NCBI GenBank assembly: GCA_026395675.1
Contig: JAPLYF010000084.1
Span: 1 to 45,239 of the forward strand
DNA: 45,239 nucleotides
Reading direction: 5' to 3'
Source: Candidatus Parcubacteria bacterium
GTDB taxonomy: Bacteria > Patescibacteriota > Patescibacteriia > CAIXNZ01
This document shows positions 1 to 9,038 of the stretch, piece after piece. Each line of letters begins with the position of its first letter. The first letter of the stretch is position 1. The notes under the pieces were generated by a model. The model was not told the DNA's origin and ran no database searches. It saw only the letters and a list, made by a program, of their open reading frames with translations. Position numbers and translations under genes: made by a program.

Positions 1-44
1 ATAGCCATAATTTCAATTTCTTTTTGGGTTTTATATATAATCAT
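1..44 (-). CDS. map: methionine aminopeptidase, N-terminal fragment running off the window
   Basis: RC of 1-44 reads ATG.. = MIIYKTQKEIEIMA, a typical MetAP N-terminus. Its position after adk matches spc-cluster order. Confidence 0.45.
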   Translation of the reverse strand, partial: MIIYKTQKEIEIMA

Positions 45-233
45 ACGAAATTACGAATCTATTACAAATGTTACAAAAATTCCAACATATTGGCACTTTG
101 GTTTAATATTTTTTATTTGCTGAATATTTTACAAGGATACTTACCAAAGCGCCTCGCCAAAATATAATTTTGTATTATTTGTAGCACAATTTGTCACAAA
201 GTGATCCCTTCGGGATAAATTTGCTGGGTATCA

Positions 234-875
234 TTATTTTATACCCTTGATCTTCAAAACTTTTATTAATCGTTTTAAAACCACTTGAATCGAAGCTTCA
301 CCATCAATTTTAATTAGCTTACCTTGTTTATGGTAATAGTCAAGCACTGGTTTTGTTTCCCGGCGATAAACTATTAACCTTTTTCTAATTGCTTTTGGAT
401 AATCATCAGCCCGCTGTATCAATTTGCCTCTGCATTTATCACAAATCATATCTTTTTTAGGCCGTTTTTTAATAATATTGTATGTTTCACCGCATTGACT
501 GCAGATACGACGGCCTCCCAATCTATTTAACGTTTCTCTTTGGTTTATGTTAATCAAAATTGCTAAATCGATATTGCGGATTTTGTTTAAAAATTTTGCC
601 TGGACTAAATTGCGAGGATAACCATCTATAATTACTCCCTTCTTATATTTTGATTTTATCAATTCTGCTTTCATCAAATTATTAGTCAAGTAGTTTGGCC
701 CCAAAACTCCTTTCTTTGTAAACTTTTCTGCTAGTTTACCTAGTTTTGTTTTTCTCTTAATATTTTCACGGTAAAGCGCTCCAGTAGAAACAGTGGAGAT
801 TTTTAATCTAGCTGCTAAAAATTCTGCTTGAGTACCCTTGCCTGACCCCTGAGGGCCTAGCATTACAATATTCAT
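234..875 (-). CDS. adk: adenylate kinase with Cys4 zinc lid
   Basis: P-loop GPQGSGKGTQ; lid CSQCG...CDKC; sits after secY. Confidence 0.95.
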   Translation of the reverse strand: MNIVMLGPQGSGKGTQAEFLAARLKISTVSTGALYRENIKRKTKLGKLAEKFTKKGVLGPNYLTNNLMKAELIKSKYKKGVIIDGYPRNLVQAKFLNKIRNIDLAILININQRETLNRLGGRRICSQCGETYNIIKKRPKKDMICDKCRGKLIQRADDYPKAIRKRLIVYRRETKPVLDYYHKQGKLIKIDGEASIQVVLKRLIKVLKIKGIK

Positions 876-901
876 AGTTTAAAAATTTTAATTATAAAAA
901 T

Positions 902-923
902 AAAAAGGGTAATTTCCCTTTTT
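902..923 (-). terminator. hairpin plus U-run between secY and adk
   Basis: aaaaaggg-(loop)-cccttttt; the sense strand is followed by a T-run. Confidence 0.4.
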
Positions 924-964
924 ATTATAACATATTTAGAAATTTAATCTTAAATCTTAATTTT

Positions 965-2239
965 TTATAACCCTTCGTACTGTCTCATGGTCAGTTGCGA
1001 TTCTATTTGCTTCACTGTTTCAATTACCACGCTGACCACGATTAAAATACTCGTGCCGCCAATCACCAAATTCATACCGCCGCTAAATTCCTGAATTATA
1101 AGAGGCAAAATAGCAATTAGTCCTAAAAATAAAGCGCCTATAAAGATTATGCGGTTAGTGACTTTGCCTAAATATTCTTCAGTATTCTTGCCTGGCCGGA
1201 TACCAGGAATAAAGCCGCCTTGTTTCTGCAGATTCTCAGCAATCTGTTGGGGATGAAAAACAACAGCCGTATAAAAATAGGTAAAACCAAAAACAAAAAC
1301 AAAATACAAGATACCATAAATTAAGCGGTTCTGGAATGTACTAATAATAAACTGCGCTGCACTTACCAAAAATTGCGATTTGGCATGCACAAAGAAATTG
1401 GCAACCATGGGCGGGAAGATTATCAATGAAATGGCAAAGATGATCGGAATCACACCAGCCATGTTAACTCTTAATGGCAAGTGTGTGCTCACGCCACCGT
1501 ACACTTTATTGCCCCTGATATGGCGGGCATAAGAAACAGGCACATTGCGAGTCCCTTCATTAATTATTACAACTCCGACAATAGTAATTAGAGCTATGAC
1601 AGCAAAAAGAATCACATTAATTATCTGAGCCGGATCAAAAACTGCAATCACCTGCTGTAAAGCCGACGGTAATCGATCAATAATGCCCACAAAAATTAAA
1701 AGTGAAATACCATTGCCGATTTTCTTTTCTGAAATCAATTCGCCCAGCCACATCATGAAGATTGTGCCAGCGCTCAAAGTTAAAATAGTTAAAAACAAAT
1801 TATAAGCTGATAAATCTTCAATGATCCGATAAGCTGATTGCTGTCTGAGCATCATAATCGTGCCATAACCCTGCAAGGCAGCTAAGGGCACAGTTAGAAG
1901 TCTTGTCCAATTATTAATTTTCTGATAGCCGCCTGGCTCTTTGGAAATTTCCTCCAAACGAGGGACAATCATGACCAATAACTGAAAAATAATTGAAGCA
2001 GTAATATAAGGGCCGACTCCCATGCCCACAATAGAAAATCTATCCATGCTGCCGCCAGAAAAAATGTTAATCAGACCAAAAATCTGATTAGAAGCGAAAA
2101 ATTCTTTAAGATTCTGGAGATTAACGCCAGGCACCGGAATATGGGCAGCAATACGGGCAATAAATAAAAGACCTAAAACATAAAGTATGCTTCTGCGCAA
2201 ATCTCTGATTTTAAAAAGTTGAGTAATTTTTTCTAGCAT
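965..2239 (-). CDS. secY: preprotein translocase subunit SecY
   Basis: 424-aa polytopic membrane protein with typical SecY sequence. Overlaps the rplO stop. Confidence 0.97.
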   Translation of the reverse strand: MLEKITQLFKIRDLRRSILYVLGLLFIARIAAHIPVPGVNLQNLKEFFASNQIFGLINIFSGGSMDRFSIVGMGVGPYITASIIFQLLVMIVPRLEEISKEPGGYQKINNWTRLLTVPLAALQGYGTIMMLRQQSAYRIIEDLSAYNLFLTILTLSAGTIFMMWLGELISEKKIGNGISLLIFVGIIDRLPSALQQVIAVFDPAQIINVILFAVIALITIVGVVIINEGTRNVPVSYARHIRGNKVYGGVSTHLPLRVNMAGVIPIIFAISLIIFPPMVANFFVHAKSQFLVSAAQFIISTFQNRLIYGILYFVFVFGFTYFYTAVVFHPQQIAENLQKQGGFIPGIRPGKNTEEYLGKVTNRIIFIGALFLGLIAILPLIIQEFSGGMNLVIGGTSILIVVSVVIETVKQIESQLTMRQYEGL

Positions 2240-2724
2240 AATATTTTATTTTTTTCATCTTTTTCTTGACTGGCCTGGTCTCTCAAAATAACTTGACCGC
2301 CAGCCTTTTCCACTGCTGCTTTAGCCGAAGCAGAGATTGCACAACCCTTAATGATTAATTTTTTAGTCAATTTCCCTTCACCTAATATTTTTACTCCGGC
2401 TTTGCTACTTTTAACCAAACCATTTTCCACTAATCTGCCTGGAGTAATTATATCATTATTAGCAAATTTTTTTTCCAGATCTTTGAGATTGACCACCAAC
2501 TTCTTAGGCACTAAACTTCTAAATCCGCCCAGCTTGGGAATGCTTTGAATATTCGCCTTCATGCCTTTAAATTTTAAACCGCCAGTCCCGCCAGATCTGG
2601 CTTTCTGTCCTTTAGCGCCTCTGGTAGAATAAGTTCCGTGGCCAGAAGAATCGCCGCGTCCTATCCTTTTCTTTTTATGCTTAGCGCCAAGCGCAGGTTT
2701 TAAATTGTATAATTTTAATTCCAT
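2233..2724 (-). CDS. rplO: 50S ribosomal protein L15
   Basis: KKRIGRGDSSGHGTYSTRG.KGQKARSG motif; operon position. Confidence 0.95.
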   Translation of the reverse strand: MELKLYNLKPALGAKHKKKRIGRGDSSGHGTYSTRGAKGQKARSGGTGGLKFKGMKANIQSIPKLGGFRSLVPKKLVVNLKDLEKKFANNDIITPGRLVENGLVKSSKAGVKILGEGKLTKKLIIKGCAISASAKAAVEKAGGQVILRDQASQEKDEKNKILC

Positions 2725-2726
2725 AA

Positions 2727-3344
2727 TTACTCCTTTTTACTGATTAAACCCTTTAATTTATCGGTCAATGTTTTTTTACTGGTTTTATTTTTTTCTTTTA
2801 CCTCTTTCACTTGTTCTTTATTTTCCTCACTGGGTTTAATTATTTCTTCACTTAATATTTTTGCCTTTTGGGTCTTGGGACTTAATTTAAATTGCTGCAG
2901 TGCCATCATCATGGCTTTAATATTATTAATTTTATTATTCGAACCCAAAATTTTGGCAGTTATATTGGAAATACCAGCTAATTCACAGAAAATTCTGATT
3001 GGCCCACCTGCCTTTACGCCACTGCCCTTTTTGGCTGGTTTTAAAAGCAGCCGTGCTGATTTGAATTTTACTTTAATCTGATGGGGTATTGTTTCATTAA
3101 CCAAAGGCACTCGGATTAGATTCTTTTTGGCTTTGTTAAAGGCCTTGGTAACGGCCGCGGTCACATCAGCACCTTTGGCCACGCCATAACCGACTCTGCC
3201 CTTTTTATCGCCAATAGCTAAGCAGGCTCGGAATTTCATTCTTTTACCGCCGGCCATAACACGAGTCACCCTAGCTAAATCAATTACTCTTTGTTCAAAT
3301 TCTTCTTCTTTTTTAAATATTTCTCGATGGGTCTTTTTGGGCAT
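2727..3344 (-). CDS. rpsE: 30S ribosomal protein S5 with K/E-rich C-terminal tail
   Basis: VTRVMAGGKRMKFRA...GVAKGADV core; about 45 extra C-terminal residues. Confidence 0.95.
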   Translation of the reverse strand: MPKKTHREIFKKEEEFEQRVIDLARVTRVMAGGKRMKFRACLAIGDKKGRVGYGVAKGADVTAAVTKAFNKAKKNLIRVPLVNETIPHQIKVKFKSARLLLKPAKKGSGVKAGGPIRIFCELAGISNITAKILGSNNKINNIKAMMMALQQFKLSPKTQKAKILSEEIIKPSEENKEQVKEVKEKNKTSKKTLTDKLKGLISKKE

Positions 3345-3361
3345 ATATAATAATTTAAAAA

Positions 3362-3721
3362 TTAAAATTCTAAACCTCCTTCGCGTGCACCTTCAGCCGC
3401 TGCTTTAACCCGGCCTAAATATTTATAGCCAGCCCTATCAAAAACAACTTTCTTGATCTTTTTAGCTAGAGCTTTTTGGGCTAATAATTTCCCGACCTCT
3501 TTGGCCTGCTCTGACTTTTTGCCTTTTTTGCCTTTCAATTCATTATCATTAGCCGCCACCAAAGTCTTGCCATTTTGATCATCAATCAATTGCAAATAAA
3601 CATGCTTTAAACTTCTAAAAACATTGAGTCGGGGTTTATCTTTTGTGCCCTGGATTTTGGCTCTTATTCTGTTTCGCCTCGTCTCCTTTAATTGTTTCTT
3701 GGTTTTTATTCTGTCTTTCAT
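3362..3721 (-). CDS. rplR: 50S ribosomal protein L18
   Basis: [29 protein letters not shown]...[11 protein letters not shown]. Confidence 0.95.
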   Translation of the reverse strand: MKDRIKTKKQLKETRRNRIRAKIQGTKDKPRLNVFRSLKHVYLQLIDDQNGKTLVAANDNELKGKKGKKSEQAKEVGKLLAQKALAKKIKKVVFDRAGYKYLGRVKAAAEGAREGGLEF

Positions 3722-3731
3722 AAATTTTATA

Positions 3732-4280
3732 TTAACCGGCTGCTTTAGCCGCGGTTTTGCCTGCCTTTTTACGAATTATTTCGCCAGCATACCTTATACC
3801 CTTGCCTTTGTAGGGTTCAGGTTTTCTAAGACGCCTGATTTGGGCTGCAATTTCTCCTACCTGCTGCTTATCAATGCCTGTCAGGATAATTATATTTTTA
3901 TCAACTGCTCCGGTTATGCCACTAGGTAAAGGGAAATCAATAGGGTGAGAAAAACCAAGATTTAAAATCAGTTTATTCCCCTGTAAATTTACTTTATAAC
4001 CGACACCGATCACTTCTAATTTTTTTTCATAACCTTCCCTCACGCCCTTAATCATATTCTTAATTAAACTGCCAAAGAGGCCCCAAAGGGCTTTTTGCTT
4101 TTTTTCTTTTGGCTCACTGACTGTAATTAATATTTTTTTGTCTTTCAGCTCAATTCGAACTAAGGGGTGAATTTTTTGCTTTAATTCACCTTTTGGCCCC
4201 TTAATTACAAGCTCGTTTTCTTTTATTTCAACCTTAATGTCATCGGGGATAATTATAGGTTTTTTGCCAATTCTGGACAT
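3732..4280 (-). CDS. rplF: 50S ribosomal protein L6
   Basis: [12 protein letters not shown]...GPKGEL; C-terminal PYKGKGIRY. Confidence 0.95.
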   Translation of the reverse strand: MSRIGKKPIIIPDDIKVEIKENELVIKGPKGELKQKIHPLVRIELKDKKILITVSEPKEKKQKALWGLFGSLIKNMIKGVREGYEKKLEVIGVGYKVNLQGNKLILNLGFSHPIDFPLPSGITGAVDKNIIILTGIDKQQVGEIAAQIRRLRKPEPYKGKGIRYAGEIIRKKAGKTAAKAAG

Positions 4281-4288
4281 AGTATTTG

Positions 4289-4330
4289 AATTATGAATTA
4301 CGAATTATGAATTCCGAAATCAGAATTTAC
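4289..4330. repeat. six tandem AATTAYG-like heptads
   Basis: aattatg aattacg aattatg aattccg aaatcag aatttac, read directly. Confidence 0.6.
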
Positions 4331-4353
4331 ATAATTTCATAATTCGGCCTTCG

Positions 4354-4388
4354 CCGACCGAAGTCCCGCCTTGCGGGACGAAGGTCGG
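4354..4388. repeat. REP-like compound palindrome (outer stem / 3x3 loop / GTCCCGC stem)
   Basis: ccgacc gaa gtcccgc ctt gcgggac gaa ggtcgg. Same architecture as 28293-28329 and 28564-28598. Confidence 0.7.
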
Positions 4389-4406
4389 AATTCGGCTTTC
4401 GGATTT

Positions 4407-4802
4407 TTACCAAATTTCACACAATACCTCGCCGCCAACGCCCTTCCTCTTAGCTTCATTGCCTGTCATTAGGCCTTGCGAAGTAGAAATTATGACCAGG
4501 CCTAAATTATTTAAAACTCGAGGTATCTTATTTTTAGAAACATAAATTCGGCGACCTGGCTTACTTATCCTTTTTATGTTACTAATGGCCGACGCTTTAT
4601 TTTCATTATATTTTAAAATAATCTTGAGCTGAGGAAATTTGTCTTCTTCTATCTTTTCAAATTCAGCAATATAATCTTCATGTTTTAAAATTTTGGCAAT
4701 TTCAAACTTTAGAATTGAAAATGGTATCAAAACTTCAAGCTTTTTAACTGCCTGAGCATTTCTGATTCTTGTTAACATGTCAGCGATTGGATCTGTGATC
4801 AT
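4407..4802 (-). CDS. rpsH: 30S ribosomal protein S8
   Basis: MITDPIADMLTRIRNA is the canonical S8 N-terminus. The ORF-track start at 4856 would add 18 aa encoded by a GC hairpin element. Confidence 0.9.
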   Translation of the reverse strand: MITDPIADMLTRIRNAQAVKKLEVLIPFSILKFEIAKILKHEDYIAEFEKIEEDKFPQLKIILKYNENKASAISNIKRISKPGRRIYVSKNKIPRVLNNLGLVIISTSQGLMTGNEAKRKGVGGEVLCEIW

Positions 4803-4823
4803 ATTTTTTAATAATTGAAAATT

Positions 4824-4854
4824 GTCCCGCGAAGCGGGATGCCGCCACTGCGGC
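4824..4854 (-). repeat. twin GC hairpin element starting at the ATG at 4856
   Basis: Sense strand: atGCCGCagtgGCGGC a TCCCGC ttc GCGGGA c. Confidence 0.65.
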
Positions 4855-4881
4855 ATAAATTTAAAATTTAAAATTAACTGG

Positions 4882-5067
4882 TTACCAGCTGCTTTTCCTA
4901 ATGCCTGGGATTTCTCCTTTTGAAGCTAGCTCCCGAAAACAAATGCGACAAATATCAAAATCTCGCATATAGCCATGCGCCCGCCCGCAACGCCAACAGC
5001 GTCTAACTATTCTGGTTGAATATTTGGGTTTTTTCCTGGATTTTGCAATTTGTGCAGCTGTCGCCAT
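4882..5067 (-). CDS. rpsN: 30S ribosomal protein S14, short zinc-binding (type Z) form
   Basis: 61 aa; CWRCGR...CRIC. Confidence 0.93.
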   Translation of the reverse strand: MATAAQIAKSRKKPKYSTRIVRRCWRCGRAHGYMRDFDICRICFRELASKGEIPGIRKSSW

Positions 5068-5096
5068 AATTTTATTTATAAAATATAATTAATTTT

Positions 5097-5633
5097 TTAC
5101 TCCTTAAACGGAAAACCAAAAGCGACTAAAAGTGCCCTGCCTTCTTCTCTGCTTTTCGCTGTAGTCACAACTGCGATTTCTAAACCATGCAATTTCTCAA
5201 TCTCGTCAGCTTTAATTTCGGGAAAAGCCAAATGCTCTTTAATACCAATATTTAAATTGCCTCCTTGATCAATTGCTTTGGCTGTCAAACCTCGGAAATC
5301 GCGAACGCGCGGCAAAACAACATTAACTAATTTTTCCAAAAAATCATACATCCTCTGGCCTCGCAAAGTGACTTTCAGTCCAATGACCATGCCCTTCCTA
5401 ATTTTAAAATTAGATATCGATTTCTTTGCTTTTGTCTTAATTGGTTTCTGGCCTGTGATTCTCATCAGGGTGCTTTCCACATTATCAAGAAAATTGGCAT
5501 CTTTCAAGCTTTTGCCCAGACCCACATTTAAAACAACCTTTTCAATTCTTGGCACTTCTAAATCATTTTTAAGGCCGAATTGTTTTTTCAATTCTGGAAT
5601 TATTTTCTTTTTAAATTTTTCTTTGGGGGTCAT
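5097..5633 (-). CDS. rplE: 50S ribosomal protein L5
   Basis: Conserved L5 sequence. ATG at 5633 is preferred over the TTG at 5645 used by the ORF track. Confidence 0.92.
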   Translation of the reverse strand: MTPKEKFKKKIIPELKKQFGLKNDLEVPRIEKVVLNVGLGKSLKDANFLDNVESTLMRITGQKPIKTKAKKSISNFKIRKGMVIGLKVTLRGQRMYDFLEKLVNVVLPRVRDFRGLTAKAIDQGGNLNIGIKEHLAFPEIKADEIEKLHGLEIAVVTTAKSREEGRALLVAFGFPFKE

Positions 5634-5637
5634 AATT

Positions 5638-6009
5638 TTAATCAATTAATTCCTTGCATTTGCTGCAGATTCTGACTTTTTGCCCTTTTTTCTCGCTGAG
5701 CTGGGGCAGTATTTTGCTTTTCACTCGAGCCGGCCGATTGCATTTTGGGCACATTATCATTAAATTGGAAATATTAAGAGGCGCCGGAAATTCAATTTTC
5801 TGGCCTTTTTCTCCTTGTCGCTTAGGTCTTAAATGTTTAATCGCCAAATTTATTCCTTCAACAGAAGCTTTATTGCGATCAAGAAAAATCTGCAAGACCT
5901 TGCCTTTTTTGCCTTTGTCCTTGCCAGCGATTACTTTTACTTTATCGCCTCTTTTAATTTTTCCGCCGTAGGCGGATCCCGCTTTGCGGGGCATATTCTT
6001 TTTTTTCAT
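5638..6009 (-). CDS. rplX: 50S ribosomal protein L24 (KOW domain, Cys4 C-terminal form)
   Basis: KIKRGDKVKVIAGKDKGKKGKV; CPKC...CSKC. The N-terminal 16 aa are encoded partly by a twin hairpin. Confidence 0.85.
   Translation of the reverse strand: MKKKNMPRKAGSAYGGKIKRGDKVKVIAGKDKGKKGKVLQIFLDRNKASVEGINLAIKHLRPKRQGEKGQKIEFPAPLNISNLMIMCPKCNRPARVKSKILPQLSEKKGQKVRICSKCKELID
5962..5991 (-). repeat. twin GC hairpin element immediately after the ATG at 5994
   Basis: Sense strand: ATG CCCCGC aaa GCGGG a TCCGCC tac GGCGGA. Confidence 0.65.
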
Positions 6010-6024
6010 TATTGTAAAAATTAT

Positions 6025-6396
6025 TTATAATACTTCTGGCGCCAAGGAAATTATTTTAGTAAACCCTTTGCCTCTTAATTCTCTGGCCACCGGACCTAGG
6101 ATGCGTGTACCTTTTGGCTCTTTACTTTTAGGATCAATAATAACTGCGGCATTATCATCAAATCTGATATATGACCCGTCTTTACGCCTAGTTTCCTTTC
6201 TCGTCCTCACCAAAACAGCTTTAACAATATCACCCTTCTTTACCATGGAATGGGGGATTGCTTCTTTTACTGTGGCAGTAATAATATCACTCAGACGGGC
6301 ATATCTTTTTTTATAGCCGCCTAAGACCCTGATCACCATTATTTTTTTTGCTCCGGAATTATCAGCCAAATTCAAAATTGTTCGATGCTGTACCAT
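6025..6396 (-). CDS. rplN: 50S ribosomal protein L14
   Basis: [18 protein letters not shown]... is canonical L14. Confidence 0.96.
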   Translation of the reverse strand: MVQHRTILNLADNSGAKKIMVIRVLGGYKKRYARLSDIITATVKEAIPHSMVKKGDIVKAVLVRTRKETRRKDGSYIRFDDNAAVIIDPKSKEPKGTRILGPVARELRGKGFTKIISLAPEVL

Positions 6397-6401
6397 ATAT
6401 T

Positions 6402-6701
6402 TTATTTAATCCCTTCGGGACTTGGCTTGGCCTGAGCAAGTCCTTTTGAGACAACCTTAATTAATCGCCATTTTTTTTCTTTGGAAAGTGGTCTGCATTC
6501 CTCAAAAATTACCTCATTACCAACATTGGCCGCTTGTTTTTCATCATGAACTTTATATTTTTTACTTATCTTATACTGTTTCTTATATTTAGGATGCATT
6601 TTCATTCTTGTAACTTTAACCACAATTGTCTTGGCCATTTTTTTGCTTATAACTTCACCGCTCAGTTTTCTTTTATTTTTTAGTATTTTTGCTTTTTCCA
6701 T
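6402..6701 (-). CDS. rpsQ: 30S ribosomal protein S17
   Basis: [17 protein letters not shown]...HPKYKK. The last codons overlap a tcccttcggga mini hairpin. Confidence 0.93.
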   Translation of the reverse strand: MEKAKILKNKRKLSGEVISKKMAKTIVVKVTRMKMHPKYKKQYKISKKYKVHDEKQAANVGNEVIFEECRPLSKEKKWRLIKVVSKGLAQAKPSPEGIK

Positions 6702-6712
6702 ATTTAAATAAA

Positions 6713-6925
6713 TTATTTCTTAATTGCCTGTTGTTTTTGACTCATAAAAGTTAGAATTTGGGCAATTCTTTTTTTAATGCTTCTTATTTCTCTAACATTT
6801 TTCAATTGGTTCTGCGAAGCTTTGAATCTTAAATCTCTCAATTTTTCCCGATCCAAGGCCAATAATTTTTGCAGTTCAACAACTGATTTTAATTTTAATT
6901 CTTTTATTTCTTCCTTGATTTTCAT
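6713..6925 (-). CDS. rpmC: 50S ribosomal protein L29
   Basis: 70 aa; LRDLRFKASQNQLKNVREIRSIKKRIAQI. Confidence 0.92.
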   Translation of the reverse strand: MKIKEEIKELKLKSVVELQKLLALDREKLRDLRFKASQNQLKNVREIRSIKKRIAQILTFMSQKQQAIKK

Positions 6926-6937
6926 AGCAAAATAAAA

Positions 6938-7351
6938 TTACTTTTTAGCAATAAATTTGGTTTTAACTGGCAATTTATAGCTAGCCAGCCGCATTGCTTC
7001 TTCAGCTTTTTCTAAACTTACTCCTTCCATTTCAAACATGACCGTGCCTGGCTTAACAATGGCCACGAAAAATTCTGGCGTACCTTTGCCTCCGCCCATG
7101 GGTACCTCTGCTCCTTTTTTTGTCACTGGCTTATCAGGAAAGATTCTAATCCAAACTCTACCGCCTTTTTTTAAAAAATGGGTTAGGCAGCGACGAGCAG
7201 CTTCAATTTGCCTGGCTGTGACCCAAGCGTGCTCCTGGGATTTCAGACCATAACTGCCGAAATTCAATTCTAAACTGGCAGAGGCCTTTCCTTTTCCTCT
7301 TTTTCTGCCTTTGTGCCATTTTCTAAATTTTACTCTTTTGGGCATGAGCAT
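6938..7351 (-). CDS. rplP: 50S ribosomal protein L16
   Basis: [16 protein letters not shown]... Confidence 0.96.
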   Translation of the reverse strand: MLMPKRVKFRKWHKGRKRGKGKASASLELNFGSYGLKSQEHAWVTARQIEAARRCLTHFLKKGGRVWIRIFPDKPVTKKGAEVPMGGGKGTPEFFVAIVKPGTVMFEMEGVSLEKAEEAMRLASYKLPVKTKFIAKK

Positions 7352-7368
7352 AAATCTATAAAAAACTT

Positions 7369-8037
7369 TTATTTATTACTTTTATTAAAAACTTCTCCCT
7401 TGTAAATCCATACCTTAACACCGATTTTACCATAAAGTGTCTGGGCCGCTCCCCGGGCATAATCAATATCCGCGCGTAAAGTATGTAGAGGAATCATGCC
7501 TTCACTCAGAACTTCTCGTCTGGCAATGTCAGCGCCATTAAGCCGCCCTGAAACATAAACCTTAATTCCCTTAGCCCCGGCTCGGCTGACGCGCGATATC
7601 GCCTGTTTCATTATTCGGCGAAAGGGTATTCTTTTTTCCAAATCAGCAATCATATTATCCAAAACAATCTGGGCATTCAAATTTGGCTTATCAATTTCCA
7701 TGATGTTTATCTTAAGATTGAGTTTACCCGGAAGTTTTGTCTCTTTTTTATTAAAGATATTTGTTAATAATCCTTTTTTTAATTCCTCGATTCCGGTTCC
7801 TGCTCTGCCAATAATTACTCCGGGCCTAGCCGCATAAATAATAATATTAATATTTTCAGCTGATCTTTCAATCTCAATTTTAGCCAGGCCAGCCTCTTTA
7901 ATCCTATTCTTCAAAAATTTACGGACTACTACATCCTGCTTTAAATATAATTTAAAATTATTCTTAGAAAACCATTTGGAATCCCAGCTTTTGGTAACCC
8001 CGATTCTAAAAATTTTCGGATTGACTTTTTGTCCCAT
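7369..8037 (-). CDS. rpsC: 30S ribosomal protein S3
   Basis: [18 protein letters not shown]; KH domain region. Confidence 0.96.
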   Translation of the reverse strand: MGQKVNPKIFRIGVTKSWDSKWFSKNNFKLYLKQDVVVRKFLKNRIKEAGLAKIEIERSAENINIIIYAARPGVIIGRAGTGIEELKKGLLTNIFNKKETKLPGKLNLKINIMEIDKPNLNAQIVLDNMIADLEKRIPFRRIMKQAISRVSRAGAKGIKVYVSGRLNGADIARREVLSEGMIPLHTLRADIDYARGAAQTLYGKIGVKVWIYKGEVFNKSNK

Positions 8038-8066
8038 ATATACTCTGAATATTAGAAATTAGATAT

Positions 8067-8096
8067 TGGAAATTAGCTTAATGTTTCTAATTTCCA
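8067..8096 (-). other. 10-bp perfect hairpin in the rplV-rpsC spacer
   Basis: tggaaattag / ctaatttcca with a 10-nt loop and no U-run. Confidence 0.5.
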
Positions 8097-8121
8097 GTTT
8101 CAAATTCCCAATTAACCTGCT

Positions 8122-8637
8122 TTACGGCTGAAAATTTTCTTTATAAATCCCTTGGCTTTTTTCATTCTTTTCATGACCTTCCGGTTTGACTGCTTTTTCT
8201 TCTTTAATCCTTTCTGGCTTAATGATTTTTTCAATCTCTTTAGCTGATTTTACTTTAATTGGCTTTTCTTCTTTTTTGGCTTTCGCTTTTTTAACTTTGG
8301 TTGGAACCAATTCGTCTAAAATTATAACCAGATGACTCATCTTTTTCTGAATCGGCGTGGCTCTCCCATGCGCTCGCGGCTGCCATCTCTTAAGCATACC
8401 GGCCAGATCAGCCCTGATCTCTTTAATATATAAATTATCTTTTTTTAAATTAAAATTTTTTTCCGCATTAGCAATCGCCGAATTTAACAATTTTAAAACT
8501 GGCTGTTTCGCTGCTCGGCTGAGAAAATTTAACTGAGTAACAGCTTCTTCTGCTTTTAAACCCCGTATCAGATCAATAACCAGCCTAACCTTTTTGGGGG
8601 AAATTCTTAAATAACTTAATTTTGCTTTCACTTGCAT
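8122..8637 (-). CDS. rplV: 50S ribosomal protein L22 with K/E-rich C-terminal extension
   Basis: LRISPKKVRLVIDLIRG...RA.GRA core; about 55 extra C-terminal aa. Confidence 0.93.
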   Translation of the reverse strand: MQVKAKLSYLRISPKKVRLVIDLIRGLKAEEAVTQLNFLSRAAKQPVLKLLNSAIANAEKNFNLKKDNLYIKEIRADLAGMLKRWQPRAHGRATPIQKKMSHLVIILDELVPTKVKKAKAKKEEKPIKVKSAKEIEKIIKPERIKEEKAVKPEGHEKNEKSQGIYKENFQP

Positions 8638-8654
8638 AAAAAAATAATAAATCT

Positions 8655-8957
8655 TTATTGTGCTGCCGTGGCTGCTTCACTTTTCTGAATATCTTTGGCC
8701 ATTTTGCCGCCATGGGAAATAAATTTCCTGGTGAGTGAAAATTCACCGAGCTTATGACCAACCATATTTTCCACAATGCTGACTGGAATATGCTCTTTGC
8801 CATTATAAACGCCAATTGTAAAACCAACCATTTCCGGTGTAATCGTACAAGCTCTATCCCAGGTTTTGATAAGTGTTTTATCGCCTGGCTTTAATTGAGA
8901 AATCTTTTTTAATAATTTCTCATTGACATACGGACCTTTTTTTAAACTTCTTGTCAT
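8655..8957 (-). CDS. rpsS: 30S ribosomal protein S19
   Basis: [11 protein letters not shown]...[17 protein letters not shown]. Confidence 0.96.
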   Translation of the reverse strand: MTRSLKKGPYVNEKLLKKISQLKPGDKTLIKTWDRACTITPEMVGFTIGVYNGKEHIPVSIVENMVGHKLGEFSLTRKFISHGGKMAKDIQKSEAATAAQ

Positions 8958-9038
8958 AGTTTTTATGTTAGCTAAACCACGAATTACGCAAAAATTAATG
9001 TTTTAAATGATAATAAGTTCATGATTATTCTTTTTACC

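Noticed and set aside
4803-4856. Long form of rpsH starting at 4856 (ORF track)
   Set aside because: The canonical S8 N-terminus begins at 4802, and the extra 18 codons are exactly the GC twin-hairpin repeat. It is reported as a finding rather than annotated as CDS.
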